From positions 2,790,001-2,854,000 of the forward strand of contig NC_083448.1 of the NCBI RefSeq assembly GCF_020745735.1: a stretch of 64,000 nt of DNA, given 5' to 3'. The position numbers and the translations under genes were made by a program. Numbering within the stretch: position 1 is the stretch's first letter; every line of letters starts with the position of its first letter. This document shows positions 62,700-64,000 of this stretch, piece after piece. This stretch comes from Hemiscyllium ocellatum. Taxonomy: Eukaryota. The notes beneath the pieces were generated by a model. That model did no database searches and was not told the DNA's origin. It was given only the letters and a program-made list of their open reading frames with translations.

Positions 62700-63280
62700 C
62701 TTCTAAATTGTTGAATGTTGAGCATTCCAGAATCAGGTGGGTGAACTTACAGCATGTGTTGTCACCTGGGATTTCGGTGTTGTGGCCATTTCGCAGAAAT
62801 AGATAGGAATGACTGTTGCAGATTCCGGGGTTTCTATGTTTCAGTAAGAACAGAGAGGGTGGTAAAAGAGGGGCAAGTGCAGCATTGTAAACCGAGGACA
62901 GAAAGGACGTTGCAAGACTAGTCTACTGAGGTAGTAAGGGCTGAGATTAGAAACAGGAAAGGAGAGGTCACCCTGTTGCATGTTTTCTATAGGCCTCTGA
63001 ATAGTTCAAGAGATGCAGAGGAATGGATAGCAAAGACGATTCTCGATTGGAGCGAGAGTGCAGGGGTAGCTGTTATGGCGGACTTTAACTTCACAAATAT
63101 TGGCAGGGAATAATAGAGTTGGAGTACTTTAGATGGGTCAATTTCAGTCCAATGTGTGCAGGAGGCATTCCTAACAGGTCAACAAAGGACGAGGCCACAG
63201 TTGATCTGGTAATAAGCCCGGACAAGTGTTAGATTTGGAGGTAGGTGTGGAATTTGGTGATATTGACAACAATCGGGCAA
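62700..63280 (+). mobile_element. CR1 endonuclease-region fragment
   Basis: GCTGAGATTAGAAACAGGAAAGGAGAGGTCACCCTGTT..TTCTATAGGCCTC and ATGGCGGACTTTAACTTC match the endonuclease region of the 45431-48334 ORF. Confidence 0.8.
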
Positions 63281-64000
63281 TTACATCTGTAATGGCAATT
63301 ACATATCATCATTTAATGCTGGCCTAACCAGCAACGCCTTTATTGTATCGATGAATAAAAAGAAAATCGAACAATGTTTCAACTCACTTGCTTAAAATGT
63401 TCCTGTCTCTCTGCAGGTTTTTTGCATAATCCACACGATGTGGCTTCCCATCTAGATTGGTACTGGTCTCAGACCCGCCTATTGCACATTTGCTTTCCTT
63501 ATCCACGTCATTATGGTATGTTGTAAATAATTATGGCCTCATTGCTGATTCCTAATGCACACTGCAGGTTACATACTGAGATCCCAAAACTATCCTCAAT
63601 TCCCTCATTTTTGTCATCTATTCTTTAGCTAATTAACTATGTATGCTAATTTACCCCTCCAACACTATGGGCCCTCCTAATGAAGCCAATACACTGGTAG
63701 CAATCTTCCAGGAGTACTTGGGTTTTTGAGACCATTAGTTTCTACCATGATTTCTTCTCTCTTTATTATATTTATACTTACTTACACAACTTTTCGATTA
63801 TTTGGTAATTTTGGAATACTGTCAGTATCTTCTCAGACTGATGCAATGCGTTTATTAAATCTCTCTGCAATCTCCTGCATTCCCCCACAACACTCAACCC
63901 AAAACCCCTTCTTCTTCTCCAAGGGCCGATATCAACTTTGACCTCAATTATCTTTCACATGTTAAAGAAGCCTTTGCGCTTTATTTTATATTACTTGCGA

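Overview
Vertebrate genomic DNA, most likely elasmobranch (shark). This is inferred from HE1-type tRNA-derived V-SINEs and CR1/HER1-type LINEs that share the same 3' end. Most of the window is transposon-derived: young and decayed CR1 LINEs (one with an uninterrupted endonuclease+RT ORF2), Penelope-like elements (PLEs) with minimal hammerhead ribozyme motifs and flanking direct repeats, a decayed Ty3/Gypsy pol and a decayed Rex/Babar-like LINE. The host genes are a small cluster of divergent two-exon class A GPCRs of the GPR139/GPR142-like type. Two look intact (minus 28802-26366, 411 aa; plus 51723-57872, 312 aa) and one is a pseudogene (minus, about 42039-41190). Three observations stand out. 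(1) The CR1 ORF1/ORF2 junction is a correctly phased U_UUA_AAC slippery heptamer followed by the ORF1 stop, and ORF2 has no usable AUG, which suggests programmed -1 frameshifting. (2) The first receptor's ectodomain is built from a 21-bp repeat whose decayed, out-of-frame units continue into the 5' leader. (3) Two intact PLE hammerhead motifs have different palindromic stems III. All calls are by eye; no searches were run, and boundaries of decayed repeats are approximate.
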